Source of the DNA: Fusobacteriota bacterium
GTDB taxonomy: Bacteria > Fusobacteriota > Fusobacteriia > Fusobacteriales > JBNJFI01
NCBI GenBank assembly: GCA_051746725.1
Contig: JBNJFI010000004.1
Location: 2,530 to 58,482 of the forward strand
DNA length: 55,953 nucleotides
Direction of reading: 5' to 3'
In this document: piece by piece, positions 45,955 through 55,238 of the stretch
Layout: each line of letters opens with the position of its first letter
Numbering within the stretch: position 1 is the stretch's first letter
The notes under the pieces: generated by a model
The model's input: only the letters and a program-made list of their open reading frames with translations
Databases searched by the model: none
What the model was told of the DNA's origin: nothing
Made by a program: the position numbers and the translations under genes

Positions 45955-48531
45955 TTAAAATGTACTATCTGCTAATTTATAAGCTGTTAAGACCTTGATA
46001 AAAGTATCCAAAGTATCAACTAAGGTATTTTTCCAAGTTCTATTCCTAGTTTTGATCGTTGGAATAACTATGGTATCTCCATATTCAACGTCAACTCCTC
46101 TAAAAAATCCAGGTTTATCTACCCTACCATTATATTTAATTACATACACTTCAGAAGTAGCTGCATCTTCAGTAAAGTCACCAGCAGCTTTTATATAATC
46201 TCTTAAGTCAGAACCAGAATCTAAAATTACTAATCCAGGATTATATACCTCTCCTTTAACTCTTACAAAATTAGATCGTTTTGGAATTTCAATAAGATCT
46301 TTGTCCTGAAGAATTATTTCTTGATTATATTTATTTTCATTGAAATTAAAAGTTATATTATTTATTCGACTATAGATATATTCAGGTGATTTTTCACCGG
46401 TTTTTAATAATTTTAATTTTTCAATTTCACTTAAATTATCATCAAGTTTCTCTCTTCTTGTAAATTTTATCCCAGGAATAAAAGCTTTATCTCTAAACCC
46501 TCCTGCTCTTTGAATAATATGATTTAATGTTTCTCCTTTACTTATTGAATATTTACCAGGATATTTAACATAACCTTTGATTTCTATGATATTTGTATTT
46601 TCCCATCCTGGAATAGTTCTTACAAAGACTTTATCATCTTCTTTTAAAACATAATTAGGTTCGCTATTGAAATCAACCTCAATAACATCATTGCTACGTC
46701 CCGTTTCATCATTTCTAGCAATTTCGATTTTAGTTTTATCTGAACTTCTTTTTAATCCCTTTGCATAAAATATTAAATCGTTTAAAGTCATCCCATTGTA
46801 ATATCGATATTTTCCAGGAGATCCTACATCACCAAATATTTCTAACATTGATACATCCATAACTTCCTCAGTTTTATATATTTTCAATACATCTCCATCT
46901 TTTATTAGCAGATCATCTTCTTTTTCTTCGTTCAAAATTGACTCTAAATCTATTTCAATTACTTCTAAATTATCAGAATTTTCTTTTTTTCTATTTATTC
47001 TATATAAATCCGCCCTACTGGTATATACATCTTCTTCTTTTAAACCCTTTGCATTAAATATCAGGTCTGATATTCTTGTATTTTTATATACCTTATAAAC
47101 ACCTGGATCTTTTATTGCTCCTTTTATAGTTGCATATGTTATTTTACCAATATTTTTTTTACTATAAATATATATCCTATCTCCTTTTTTTAAAGTAGGA
47201 TTTTCATTTTCAAGACTAAACTCTATCTTTTCAAAATCTGTATCATCTTTTTTTCTTAATATATTAGCTCGCTTTAAGTAAGTTTCTGATTTTAATCCTC
47301 CAGCTTTATCTAAGATTTCTTTAAAATTTTGTTTTTCTTCTAACTGATATACTCCAGGGTATAAAACGTTACCATATATATGAACCCCATTATCATATTG
47401 ATCATCTATTTTACCAATCCGAATTATATCGCCATTTTTAATTTGAGATTTCTTTAAATCATCTATATCCAATATTTTCATTGAATCATCTGATATCCTT
47501 GTTATTTGAGCATGATTTTTTATCGAATTAACTTTTAATCCTCCAGCTAGTTCTAAAACTTCTAGGACACTTTTTTCATTTTTAGTTTCATATATCCCAG
47601 GTCTTATAATACCACCTTTTAAAGTAACCTTATTTTTTAAAATAGGAACAAAAATAGTATCTCCATCTTTTAATATTTTAATATCATTATTGTTTCCTTT
47701 TATTAAGTAATTATACAGGTCAATTGTTATTATTTCATCATTTCTTAATATTTTTATATTCCGTAAACTAGAATTTTTTGTGATGCCTTTGGCTAAATAA
47801 ATAGCATTTAAAATATTTGATAAAGGATTCAAGACATAACTCCCAGGACTGCCTACTTCTCCCATTATAAATACTCTAGTACTTCGCATTTTCAAAAGAG
47901 AAATATCTAACTTCATATCTTTATATTTCTTTTGACTTTTTTGTAACAGATCATCTTTTACTTCTTTTATTGTTTTTCCTCTTACATTTATAGTTCCTAA
48001 TCCTCCTAAAAATATACTCCCTGTTTGAGAAACTTTTAATGTGAATTTTTTAGAACTTTCTTCTGGTAGTAAATCACTACTCATATTTATTTGAAGGTAA
48101 TCTCCTGATGATAATATATAGTTTTCATCGACATTGACTTCAGTGGGCAAAGATAGGTGAGTATTCGATTGATCAAATATCTTTTTACCATATAGGTTTA
48201 CATCGTTTGTCTTAAAAATGCTTTCTTCATCTAATTTTTGATACAAACCATCTTGAATAATAGTTTCATTTTCTATGTCCTTATTTTTTAATTCTTCTAT
48301 TCTTTTTTCTTGATCTAAATCAATATCTTCTACTTTATTTTGAGGAATATTTGCTTCGCTTTTTGGTTGATTTAAATCTGAGCTAATAGTATTTAGAGAA
48401 TTTTTATCATTTGCATTAACTCCTGATACACCTGAATTTATAATACTAGATGCTGTATCTTGTCCATATAAATTAAAAAAACTTAATATAAAAAAACATA
48501 TTACTATAATTTTAAATTTCTTTTTTGTCAT
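45955..48531 (-). CDS. Polysaccharide export protein with multiple SLBB domains (KpsD/OPX-like)
   Basis: Signal peptide; Poly_export segment (YILSSGD...GSIFL..GTINVRG); repeated G.V..PG.Y...A.G....GD.I SLBB units. Confidence 0.85.
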   Translation of the reverse strand: MTKKKFKIIVICFFILSFFNLYGQDTASSIINSGVSGVNANDKNSLNTISSDLNQPKSEANIPQNKVEDIDLDQEKRIEELKNKDIENETIIQDGLYQKLDEESIFKTNDVNLYGKKIFDQSNTHLSLPTEVNVDENYILSSGDYLQINMSSDLLPEESSKKFTLKVSQTGSIFLGGLGTINVRGKTIKEVKDDLLQKSQKKYKDMKLDISLLKMRSTRVFIMGEVGSPGSYVLNPLSNILNAIYLAKGITKNSSLRNIKILRNDEIITIDLYNYLIKGNNNDIKILKDGDTIFVPILKNKVTLKGGIIRPGIYETKNEKSVLEVLELAGGLKVNSIKNHAQITRISDDSMKILDIDDLKKSQIKNGDIIRIGKIDDQYDNGVHIYGNVLYPGVYQLEEKQNFKEILDKAGGLKSETYLKRANILRKKDDTDFEKIEFSLENENPTLKKGDRIYIYSKKNIGKITYATIKGAIKDPGVYKVYKNTRISDLIFNAKGLKEEDVYTSRADLYRINRKKENSDNLEVIEIDLESILNEEKEDDLLIKDGDVLKIYKTEEVMDVSMLEIFGDVGSPGKYRYYNGMTLNDLIFYAKGLKRSSDKTKIEIARNDETGRSNDVIEVDFNSEPNYVLKEDDKVFVRTIPGWENTNIIEIKGYVKYPGKYSISKGETLNHIIQRAGGFRDKAFIPGIKFTRREKLDDNLSEIEKLKLLKTGEKSPEYIYSRINNITFNFNENKYNQEIILQDKDLIEIPKRSNFVRVKGEVYNPGLVILDSGSDLRDYIKAAGDFTEDAATSEVYVIKYNGRVDKPGFFRGVDVEYGDTIVIPTIKTRNRTWKNTLVDTLDTFIKVLTAYKLADSTF

Positions 48532-48534
48532 ACT

Positions 48535-49005
48535 TTATTCTCCCTTTTGAATTTTTTTTATTAAATTTGTACTGGAATTTCCCTCATATAATGAAACTAT
48601 TTTAACCGTACCACCATTTTTTTCTACAACTTTTGTTTCTGGAAGTTCTTCTTTTTTATAATCTCCACCTTTAACATGCACATCTGGTTTTACTTGATCC
48701 AATAATTTTATAGGTGTTTTTTCGTTAAAAATAATAACATAATTAACTGGTTTTAGTCCGAGTAGCATTTCAGCTCTATTTTCTTGAGAAACATAAGGTC
48801 TATTTTTTCCTTTTAAATTTTTGACTGAATCATCAGAATTTAATCCAACTACTAAAATATCCCCTAATTGTTTCGCCTGTTTTAAATAACGTAAGTGCCC
48901 AACATGCAAAATATCAAAACAACCATTTGTAAATACAATCTTTTTTGATTTTTTTTTCTCTTCTTTAATTATATTTAACACTTCTTTTTTCCTTAATAAA
49001 TCCAT
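48535..49005 (-). CDS. rfaE2: D-glycero-beta-D-manno-heptose 1-phosphate adenylyltransferase (stand-alone RfaE domain II/HldC)
   Basis: VFTNGCFDILHVGH.RYL, GLNSD.SV..LKG..RP, VKGGDY, SSTNLI. Confidence 0.9.
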   Translation of the reverse strand: MDLLRKKEVLNIIKEEKKKSKKIVFTNGCFDILHVGHLRYLKQAKQLGDILVVGLNSDDSVKNLKGKNRPYVSQENRAEMLLGLKPVNYVIIFNEKTPIKLLDQVKPDVHVKGGDYKKEELPETKVVEKNGGTVKIVSLYEGNSSTNLIKKIQKGE

Positions 49006-49104
49006 ATATTACAACCTCTTTCTTCAATAAACTTTTTAATTAATTATACCATATATATATATCATATTCAAGCTCTAAAGAGGTGGATATTAAATTTTTA
49101 TTTC

Positions 49105-49144
49105 AAAAAAAGCAGACTATATTTAAATATAGTCTGCTTTTTTT
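49105..49144. terminator. Intrinsic terminator after upp (perfect 40-bp palindrome)
   Basis: AAAAAAAGCAGACTATATTT|AAATATAGTCTGCTTTTTTT. Confidence 0.88.
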
Positions 49145-49165
49145 ATCTTTAAAAGATCTGATTTT

Positions 49166-49792
49166 TTATTTTGTTCCAAATATTCTATCTCCTGCATCTC
49201 CTAAACCAGGATAAATATAACTTTTATCGTTTAATCCATCATCTATTTTAGCTACGATAATATCTATATCAGGATGTGCTTCTTGAACTTTTTTAATTCC
49301 TTCAGGAGCTGCAATCAAACATACAAATTTAATATCCTTTACCCCTGATTTTTTTAAATAATCTATACCATATATCGCAGATCCACCAGTAGCTAACATT
49401 GGATCCACTAGTAAAGTTTTTCTCTCTTGAATATCTTCTGGCAACTTTGCATAATAGTGTTCTGGTTGTAAAGTCTCCTCATTTCTATAAACTCCTATAT
49501 GACCCACTTTTGCAGTTGGTATCAAAGTCAATATCCCATCGACCATTCCTAACCCTGCTCTTAAAATAGGAACTACTCCTATTGCTTTATCAGGTAATCT
49601 GTATGATTTTGTTTTCATAACAGGAGTTTCTATTTCAACTTCTTCTAATTCAATGTTTTTTGTTATTTCATATACCATTAATCCTGTTATTTCATTTAAG
49701 GTTTCTCGGAAAATTTTAGTATCAGTTTTTTTATCCCTAATGTACGATAGTTTATGTTGTACTAAGGGGTGATCTACTTCAATTACAGCCAT
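49166..49792 (-). CDS. upp: Uracil phosphoribosyltransferase
   Basis: [44 protein letters not shown]. Confidence 0.98.
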   Translation of the reverse strand: MAVIEVDHPLVQHKLSYIRDKKTDTKIFRETLNEITGLMVYEITKNIELEEVEIETPVMKTKSYRLPDKAIGVVPILRAGLGMVDGILTLIPTAKVGHIGVYRNEETLQPEHYYAKLPEDIQERKTLLVDPMLATGGSAIYGIDYLKKSGVKDIKFVCLIAAPEGIKKVQEAHPDIDIIVAKIDDGLNDKSYIYPGLGDAGDRIFGTK

Positions 49793-50241
49793 TATTCAAC
49801 TCCTAGTTCTTTTAGTTTTTCTTTAAAATCTTTTACATTTATTCTCATAGTAACTATACAACTATTTTGGTCATCCCACTCTCTATTTACAATTTCTGCA
49901 CCTCTAATAAATGCTGCTACTTCAGTTTTTATACTAGAATTTTGAGCTATTGCATCTTGTACTTCCATTCCACTTTCTAGTTTTACCCCATATAAGTACC
50001 CAGCTAAGTCATTTAGAGCTGCTGCTTTAGCAGCTTCATAAGAAGTTTGTTTTTCAGAGGCAACATTTGTAGCATTTTCAGAAGGTGCTCCCATACCAAT
50101 GGTTTCATAAAAATCTTTTCCTTCTTTAGTTTCAATTTTTGAAGGTGTACTTCCATCCTTAACTTGATCCCGTGGAGACTTTCCACATCCCATAGATAAA
50201 ATCAAAACTGAAATCATCAAAAATAATATCCTTTTTTTCAC
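49792..50241 (-). CDS. Lipoprotein, LPP20/FlgP-like
   Basis: Lipobox LSMGC; G.GAP...AAK.AA...LA..LYGV.L...[10 protein letters not shown] pattern; GTG start at 50241 (or 50250). Confidence 0.7.
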   Translation of the reverse strand: MKKRILFLMISVLILSMGCGKSPRDQVKDGSTPSKIETKEGKDFYETIGMGAPSENATNVASEKQTSYEAAKAAALNDLAGYLYGVKLESGMEVQDAIAQNSSIKTEVAAFIRGAEIVNREWDDQNSCIVTMRINVKDFKEKLKELGVE

Positions 50242-50300
50242 TGCAACCACTCCCTTTTTATTTTTTTTAATTAATATTTAAATAATTAGAAAACACGAAA

Positions 50301-50331
50301 ATAAAAACAGAGCTTACAGCCCTGCTTTTAT
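50301..50331 (-). terminator. Weak terminator-like hairpin after rpmE
   Basis: Minus strand AAAAGCAGGGCT-gta-AGCTCTGTTTTTATTTT. Confidence 0.65.
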
Positions 50332-50532
50332 TTAACTCATACCATATTTTTTCTTGAATTTTTCTACTCTTCCTGCTTCATTAATATCTCTTATTTTTCC
50401 AGTATAAAATGGATGGCATTCTGAACAAATCTCCACCTTTAAAGTGTCTTTTTTGTATGTAGATCTTGTTTCAAAAGAATTCCCACATGCACATTTTACT
50501 TGGATTTTATGATAATTAGGAGTATCCTTCAC
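50332..50532 (-). CDS. rpmE: 50S ribosomal protein L31, zinc-binding type
   Basis: [35 protein letters not shown] start at 50532 after GAGGTG. Confidence 0.95.
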   Translation of the reverse strand: MKDTPNYHKIQVKCACGNSFETRSTYKKDTLKVEICSECHPFYTGKIRDINEAGRVEKFKKKYGMS

Positions 50533-50604
50533 TAAAATCACCTCTTCTTTATTTTTTATTTATTACTATATTATAGTAACATATATTTCAGATTTTTTCA
50601 AGCT

Positions 50605-50916
50605 TTATTTTGATTTTACATATCCTTTTTTGATCATTTTTTCTTTATGCTTTTTTAAAGCTTTTTTCAAATCTATTTTATTATCTTTTTCTAATACATA
50701 GGTCATTGTTGCACATACTTGCATTACATCTAAAAGTTCCGAAGTTATTTTATCCATAACTTCCTCGTCAGTCATATGTATTTTTTCACCATTTAAACCT
50801 CGAAACTTAGAAATAGCTTGGGATAGTTCCCCTGCTTCTTCTATCAATTTTAAAGCAGTTGTTTCCATTGTAATACTTTCTAATCCATTTAATTCTGGAA
50901 AATTTTTAAATATCAC
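50605..50916 (-). CDS. MazG-like nucleotide pyrophosphohydrolase (single domain)
   Basis: KLIEEAGELSQAI...SELLDV acidic metal-binding pattern. Confidence 0.82.
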   Translation of the reverse strand: MIFKNFPELNGLESITMETTALKLIEEAGELSQAISKFRGLNGEKIHMTDEEVMDKITSELLDVMQVCATMTYVLEKDNKIDLKKALKKHKEKMIKKGYVKSK

Positions 50917-51010
50917 TTAATTCACCTCTCTTTTTAAATTAATTTAGAGATTCAATATTTTTACATAACATCATTATAATATATATTATTATAATTTTCA
51001 AATAGTATTT

Positions 51011-51040
51011 AAAAATCCAGAGATATATCTCTGGATTTTT
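51011..51040. terminator. Intrinsic terminator after the NCS2 permease (perfect 30-bp palindrome)
   Basis: AAAAATCCAGAGATA|TATCTCTGGATTTTT. Confidence 0.85.
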
Positions 51041-51065
51041 ATAATTTATTTAATTTGTTTAATTT

Positions 51066-52349
51066 TTAAACTAATAAATTTAGTATAGATAAAATTGCTA
51101 TAACCCACATAACAGGAGAAACTTTTTTGAAATCCCCACTAGCTACAGTTATTATAACATAAGATATAAATCCAAAACTTAATCCAATGCTTATGCTATA
51201 TGTTAAAGGCATTAATACTATAGTCAAAAAAGCTGGTATTGCAACTTCAAAGTCTCCAAAATCAATTTCTTTAATATTTTTAAACATATATACACCAACT
51301 ATTATAAGAGCAGGTGCCGTTGCAAATGCTGGTACTATTCCTATTATTGGAGTAAATAATAATGCTAATAAAAACAGTACAGATGTCACTACAGCAGACA
51401 AACCAGTTTTTCCACCATCAGCTATTCCAGAAGCTGATTCTATATAAGTTGTTGTTGTACTTGTTCCTAAAGCTGCTCCAAATATTGAGGCAATTGCATC
51501 GGCTTCTAGCATTTTATCAATTTTTTTGATAGTCCCATCTTCTTCAACTAAATCTGCTTCATATGAACACGCTACAATTGTTCCTATTGAATCAAAAAGA
51601 TCTACAAACATAAATGAAAAAATTGCTCCATAAAAACTTAGCTTTAAAGCACCTAAAATATCTAGTTTAAAAGCGATTGGTGATATTGAAGGTGGCATAG
51701 AAATTAAATTAGCCGGTAATTCTACTTCTCCAAATGCTATTCCTAATATTGTTGTTATAACTATTCCTATAAGAATAGACCCCTTTATTTTTTTCACTTC
51801 TAAAACTGCTATTATTATTAGTCCTACAAGTCCTAAAACTAAAGGTTTATTAAATGCACCTATACCAATTAGTGTTGCTGGATTGGCAACTACTAAACCT
51901 AAATTTTGTAATCCAATAAATGTAATAAATAATCCAATTCCCGCTGCAACTGCTAGCCTTAAAGACATCGGAATTGCCTTTATTACTTTTTCTCTAATAC
52001 CAATAACTGTTAATATTAAAAAGAATACCCCTGATAAAAAAACTATTCCTAAAGCTGTTTGCCAAGTCACTCCTTGACCTAAAACTAAAGTATACGTAAA
52101 GAAAGCATTAAGTCCCATTCCTGGAGCCATTGCAAATGGCACATTCGCCCATAAACCTACTAAAATAGTTCCAAAAAAAGCTGCTAAACATGTAACCGTA
52201 ATTAAAGCTCCTTTATCCATTCCAGCTGCACTTAATATATTTGGGTTAACAAATATAATATAAGCCATTGTCAAAAAAGTAGTAACTCCTCCTATAACCT
52301 CTGATCTAACATTACTTCCATTTTCTTCTAACTTAAAAAAATCTCTCAC
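51066..52349 (-). CDS. NCS2/AzgA-family purine (guanine/hypoxanthine) permease, PbuG-like
   Basis: GGVTTFLTMAYIIFVNP, APGMGLNAFF, YIESASG...GG.TGL, MPLTYSI; lies downstream of a guanine-type riboswitch. Confidence 0.93.
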   Translation of the reverse strand: MRDFFKLEENGSNVRSEVIGGVTTFLTMAYIIFVNPNILSAAGMDKGALITVTCLAAFFGTILVGLWANVPFAMAPGMGLNAFFTYTLVLGQGVTWQTALGIVFLSGVFFLILTVIGIREKVIKAIPMSLRLAVAAGIGLFITFIGLQNLGLVVANPATLIGIGAFNKPLVLGLVGLIIIAVLEVKKIKGSILIGIVITTILGIAFGEVELPANLISMPPSISPIAFKLDILGALKLSFYGAIFSFMFVDLFDSIGTIVACSYEADLVEEDGTIKKIDKMLEADAIASIFGAALGTSTTTTYIESASGIADGGKTGLSAVVTSVLFLLALLFTPIIGIVPAFATAPALIIVGVYMFKNIKEIDFGDFEVAIPAFLTIVLMPLTYSISIGLSFGFISYVIITVASGDFKKVSPVMWVIAILSILNLLV

Positions 52350-52402
52350 CTTTTCTCCTCCTAATATTTTTTTTGATTTACTTTGTGCAAATCATTTTTA
52401 GT

Positions 52403-52468
52403 AAAAAAAGAGAAAGAACATCCTAAAACTTGCAAAGTACAAGCAAATTAGAGATATTCTTTCTCTTC
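52403..52468 (-). terminator. Expression-platform terminator of the purine riboswitch
   Basis: Minus strand AGAGAAAGAATATCTCTA...TAGGATGTTCTTTCTCT-TTTTTT between the aptamer and the permease start. Confidence 0.8.
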
Positions 52469-52471
52469 TTT

Positions 52472-52538
52472 ACTTATAGTCAGATATTTAAGGTATCTGG
52501 TAGAAACTCCTGAACCATATTATCAGGATTATACAAGT
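52472..52538 (-). ncRNA. Purine riboswitch, guanine-specific type
   Basis: ACUUGUAUAAUCCUGAUAAUAUGGUUCAGGAGUUUCUACCAGAUACCUUAAAUAUCUGACUAUAAGU: P1-P3, AAUAUGG/CCUUAAA loops, UUUCUACC junction, GAC with C at the discriminator position (74). Confidence 0.95.
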
Positions 52539-52548
52539 TGTTATTTTT

Positions 52549-52577
52549 ATTATATCATTACAAATAATTTTTTGCAA
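52549..52577 (-). promoter_or_regulatory. Promoter of the riboswitch-permease transcript
   Basis: TTGCAA-17 nt-TATAAT with TG extension, just upstream of the aptamer. Confidence 0.78.
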
Positions 52578-52580
52578 TAA

Positions 52581-53690
52581 TTATTTATTATTATGTATCT
52601 TAACACTATGAACTATTCCTAACATCAAAAAAGTTACCACAAAAGAACTTCCTCCATAACTAACTAATAATAGAGGTAAACCAGTTATAGGCATTATTCC
52701 CATTGTCATTCCCATATTTACAAAACTATTAAAAAATATGAGCCCTCCTATACCAAAGGATATCAACTTTCCATATCGAGAATTACTATTTTTCCCTATG
52801 TTAAAAATTTTCAATATTAAAGATAGATATACTATCAAAAATATTATAGAACCAACAAATCCAAATTCTTCTGCAAAAACTGAAAATATAAAATCAGTAT
52901 GAGATTCCGGCAAAAAATTCAACTTATTTTGAGTCCCACTAAAAAGACCTTTACCAAATATCTGGCCAGACCCAACAGCAATTTTAGACTGAATTAAATT
53001 CCAGCCTGCTCCTAATATATCCTCTTCTGGATTTAGAAATACAGTTATTCTAGATTTTTGATATTCTTTCAGTACAAAAAAATAAGCAAATGGTATAAGT
53101 GCTATACCTGTTCCAATCATTATAATTATTTTTTTGATTTCAATTTTATTTATAAAAACTAATAAAATGTATATAAATGCTAGCACTAAAGAAGTTCCTA
53201 AATCAGGCTGTTGTAATATTAACAAAAAAGGTAATATTAAATGCATACCTGTTCTAGTTATATCCCACCAACTTTTTATACCTTTTCTAAATTTTTTTGT
53301 AAGTAACTGAGAAAAAGTAAGGATTACAAAAAGTCTTGCAAATTCTGATGGCTGGATCGTTACAATACCTAGATCAATCCATCGTTTTGCTCCTAAGATT
53401 GTTTTTCCAAATATAGGAACGCTAATTAGAAATAACAACATTAAGATATAAATGTAATATGCATATTCATAGTATTTTCTGTAATTGATTAAACTCGCAA
53501 TGATAAAAACTGAAAAGCCAATCACTGCCCATAATATTTCTTTTTTGAAAAAACTTCCATTTTTATTTATAGTAGCACTATAGATCATTAATAAACTTAT
53601 TCCTATTAGTATAATTATATTTAAAATGAAAGTTAAATCAAATTTTTTAGTTTTTCTCTTTATTAAGTGATAATCTTGACTCTGTTTCAT
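52581..53690 (-). CDS. rodA: Rod shape-determining SEDS glycosyltransferase RodA
   Basis: GAKRWI, IQPSEF, QPDLGT, QSKIAVGSG..GKG, FLPESHTDFIF, SYGGSS. Confidence 0.93.
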   Translation of the reverse strand: MKQSQDYHLIKRKTKKFDLTFILNIIILIGISLLMIYSATINKNGSFFKKEILWAVIGFSVFIIASLINYRKYYEYAYYIYILMLLFLISVPIFGKTILGAKRWIDLGIVTIQPSEFARLFVILTFSQLLTKKFRKGIKSWWDITRTGMHLILPFLLILQQPDLGTSLVLAFIYILLVFINKIEIKKIIIMIGTGIALIPFAYFFVLKEYQKSRITVFLNPEEDILGAGWNLIQSKIAVGSGQIFGKGLFSGTQNKLNFLPESHTDFIFSVFAEEFGFVGSIIFLIVYLSLILKIFNIGKNSNSRYGKLISFGIGGLIFFNSFVNMGMTMGIMPITGLPLLLVSYGGSSFVVTFLMLGIVHSVKIHNNK

Positions 53691-53962
53691 TTTTCTATGT
53701 CTTTATCATTTCTAACTTTTTTGATAGGTATATTTATAGAAAGTCCTACTTTCTCATTTTCTTTATCAAGATCAAATTCTAATCCCTGTTCTTCTATTTC
53801 CAAATATTTATCAAAAACTTGCATTAAATCTTTTTTTAATTGTTCCATCATTACTGGTGTAAATGTAGTTCTATCTTGCATGATAACAACTTGTAGTCTG
53901 TTTTTAGCTATTGACCCACTTTTTTCTTCTTTTAGGAAAAAATCTTTTATTTTTTGAAACAT
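53687..53962 (-). CDS. minE: Cell division topological specificity factor MinE
   Basis: SGSIAKNRLQVVIMQDR, LKKDLMQVFDKY, LSINIPI. Confidence 0.93.
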   Translation of the reverse strand: MFQKIKDFFLKEEKSGSIAKNRLQVVIMQDRTTFTPVMMEQLKKDLMQVFDKYLEIEEQGLEFDLDKENEKVGLSINIPIKKVRNDKDIEK

Positions 53963-53982
53963 ATTATCCCCTCTCTGTTTAA

Positions 53983-54783
53983 TTAATTTTGAAAAAACTT
54001 AACCAACTTATTGAAAATTCCTTTTTTGTCTTCTAATGATAATAATGGAACTTTTTCTCCAAGTATTCTTTGAGAAATATTTTGATATGCCTGTCCTGCT
54101 CTTTTTTCATTATCTTTTACAATTGGAACTCCTCTATTAGATGATACTACAACATTTTCATCATCAGGAATTATTCCTAAAAGATCTATTCCCAAAATAT
54201 CTAAGACATCTTCTACAGATAACATATCTCCCCTATCAACCATGTCTTGTTTTATTCTATTTATAATAACTTTAGGGTGATTTTTTTCTGCCGCTTCCAA
54301 CAATCCTATTATTCTATCAGCATCTCGAACAGCTGAAATTTCAGGATTAGTTACAACTATTACTTCATCTGCACCTGCTATAGCATTTTTAAATCCAGTT
54401 TCTATACCAGCTGGTGAATCTAAAATTACATAATCAAAGTCCTTTGCCAATTCTTCTGTAATCTCAATCATCTGATCTGCATTTACAGCATCCTTGTCTC
54501 TAGTCTGAGCTGCTGGCAAGAGTTGTAAATTGTTTTTTAATTTTTTATCCCTAATCAAAGCTTTTTTTAAGGATGCTCTCCCTTCAACAACATCAATAAT
54601 ATCATAAACTATCCTATTTTCTAACCCCATTATTACATCTAAATTTCTAAGACCAATATCAGCATCAATCACAGCTACTTTTTTTCCTGCCATTGCTAAA
54701 CCTGTACTAATATTTGCAGTTGTAGTGGTTTTCCCCACTCCACCTTTTCCTGATGTAATTGCGTAAACAACTCCTTTTCCCAT
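53983..54783 (-). CDS. minD: Septum site-determining ATPase MinD
   Basis: TSGKGGVGKTT, DIGLRNLD, DSPAGIE, VRDADR, C-terminal amphipathic GIFNKLVKFF. Confidence 0.97.
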   Translation of the reverse strand: MGKGVVYAITSGKGGVGKTTTTANISTGLAMAGKKVAVIDADIGLRNLDVIMGLENRIVYDIIDVVEGRASLKKALIRDKKLKNNLQLLPAAQTRDKDAVNADQMIEITEELAKDFDYVILDSPAGIETGFKNAIAGADEVIVVTNPEISAVRDADRIIGLLEAAEKNHPKVIINRIKQDMVDRGDMLSVEDVLDILGIDLLGIIPDDENVVVSSNRGVPIVKDNEKRAGQAYQNISQRILGEKVPLLSLEDKKGIFNKLVKFFQN

Positions 54784-54794
54784 TTCGTCCTCCT

Positions 54795-55238
54795 TTATTT
54801 TTTCCCTGTATGTCCGAATCCATTTTCTTTCCTTACTGTTTTATCTAATTCTTTTACTTTTTCTAATCTTGCCTTATACACTTTTTTTAAAACAAGCTGG
54901 CCTATTCTTTCATTAGGTTTTATTTCATAAACTTCATTACTCAAATTTATCATAATTAATTTTATTTCACCACGGTAGTCTGAATCTATTGTACCAGGAG
55001 TATTAACCATTGTCAAACCATGTTTTAAGGCTAATCCACTTCTAGGTCTAACTTGTATTTCGTAACCGTATGGTATTTCCATTTTTATCCCAGTATCTAT
55101 TAATTTCCTGTCTAAACTTTCAAGTTTAACCGGACTTTTAATATTGGCGAATACATCCATTCCCGAAGAACCTTTTGTCATATATTTGGGAGCTTTAGCC
55201 CCATTTTCTAATTTTATTTTTATTTGAACTTCTTCCAT
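54795..55238 (-). CDS. dut: dUTP diphosphatase (trimeric dUTPase)
   Basis: SSGMD, RPRSGLA, NTPGTIDSDYRGE, GFGHTG. Confidence 0.96.
   Translation of the reverse strand: MEEVQIKIKLENGAKAPKYMTKGSSGMDVFANIKSPVKLESLDRKLIDTGIKMEIPYGYEIQVRPRSGLALKHGLTMVNTPGTIDSDYRGEIKLIMINLSNEVYEIKPNERIGQLVLKKVYKARLEKVKELDKTVRKENGFGHTGKK

Noticed and set aside
50605..50916. MazG-like gene as an anti-phage or abortive-infection component
   Set aside because: Stand-alone in a housekeeping context with no defence genes nearby
1056..53957. All plus-strand ORFs in the track (e.g. 24165-24743, 39433-39864, 43022-43657)
   Set aside because: Each lies antisense to a well-supported gene and has the F/S/I/L-rich composition expected from reverse-complemented K/E-rich codons; no recognisable motifs
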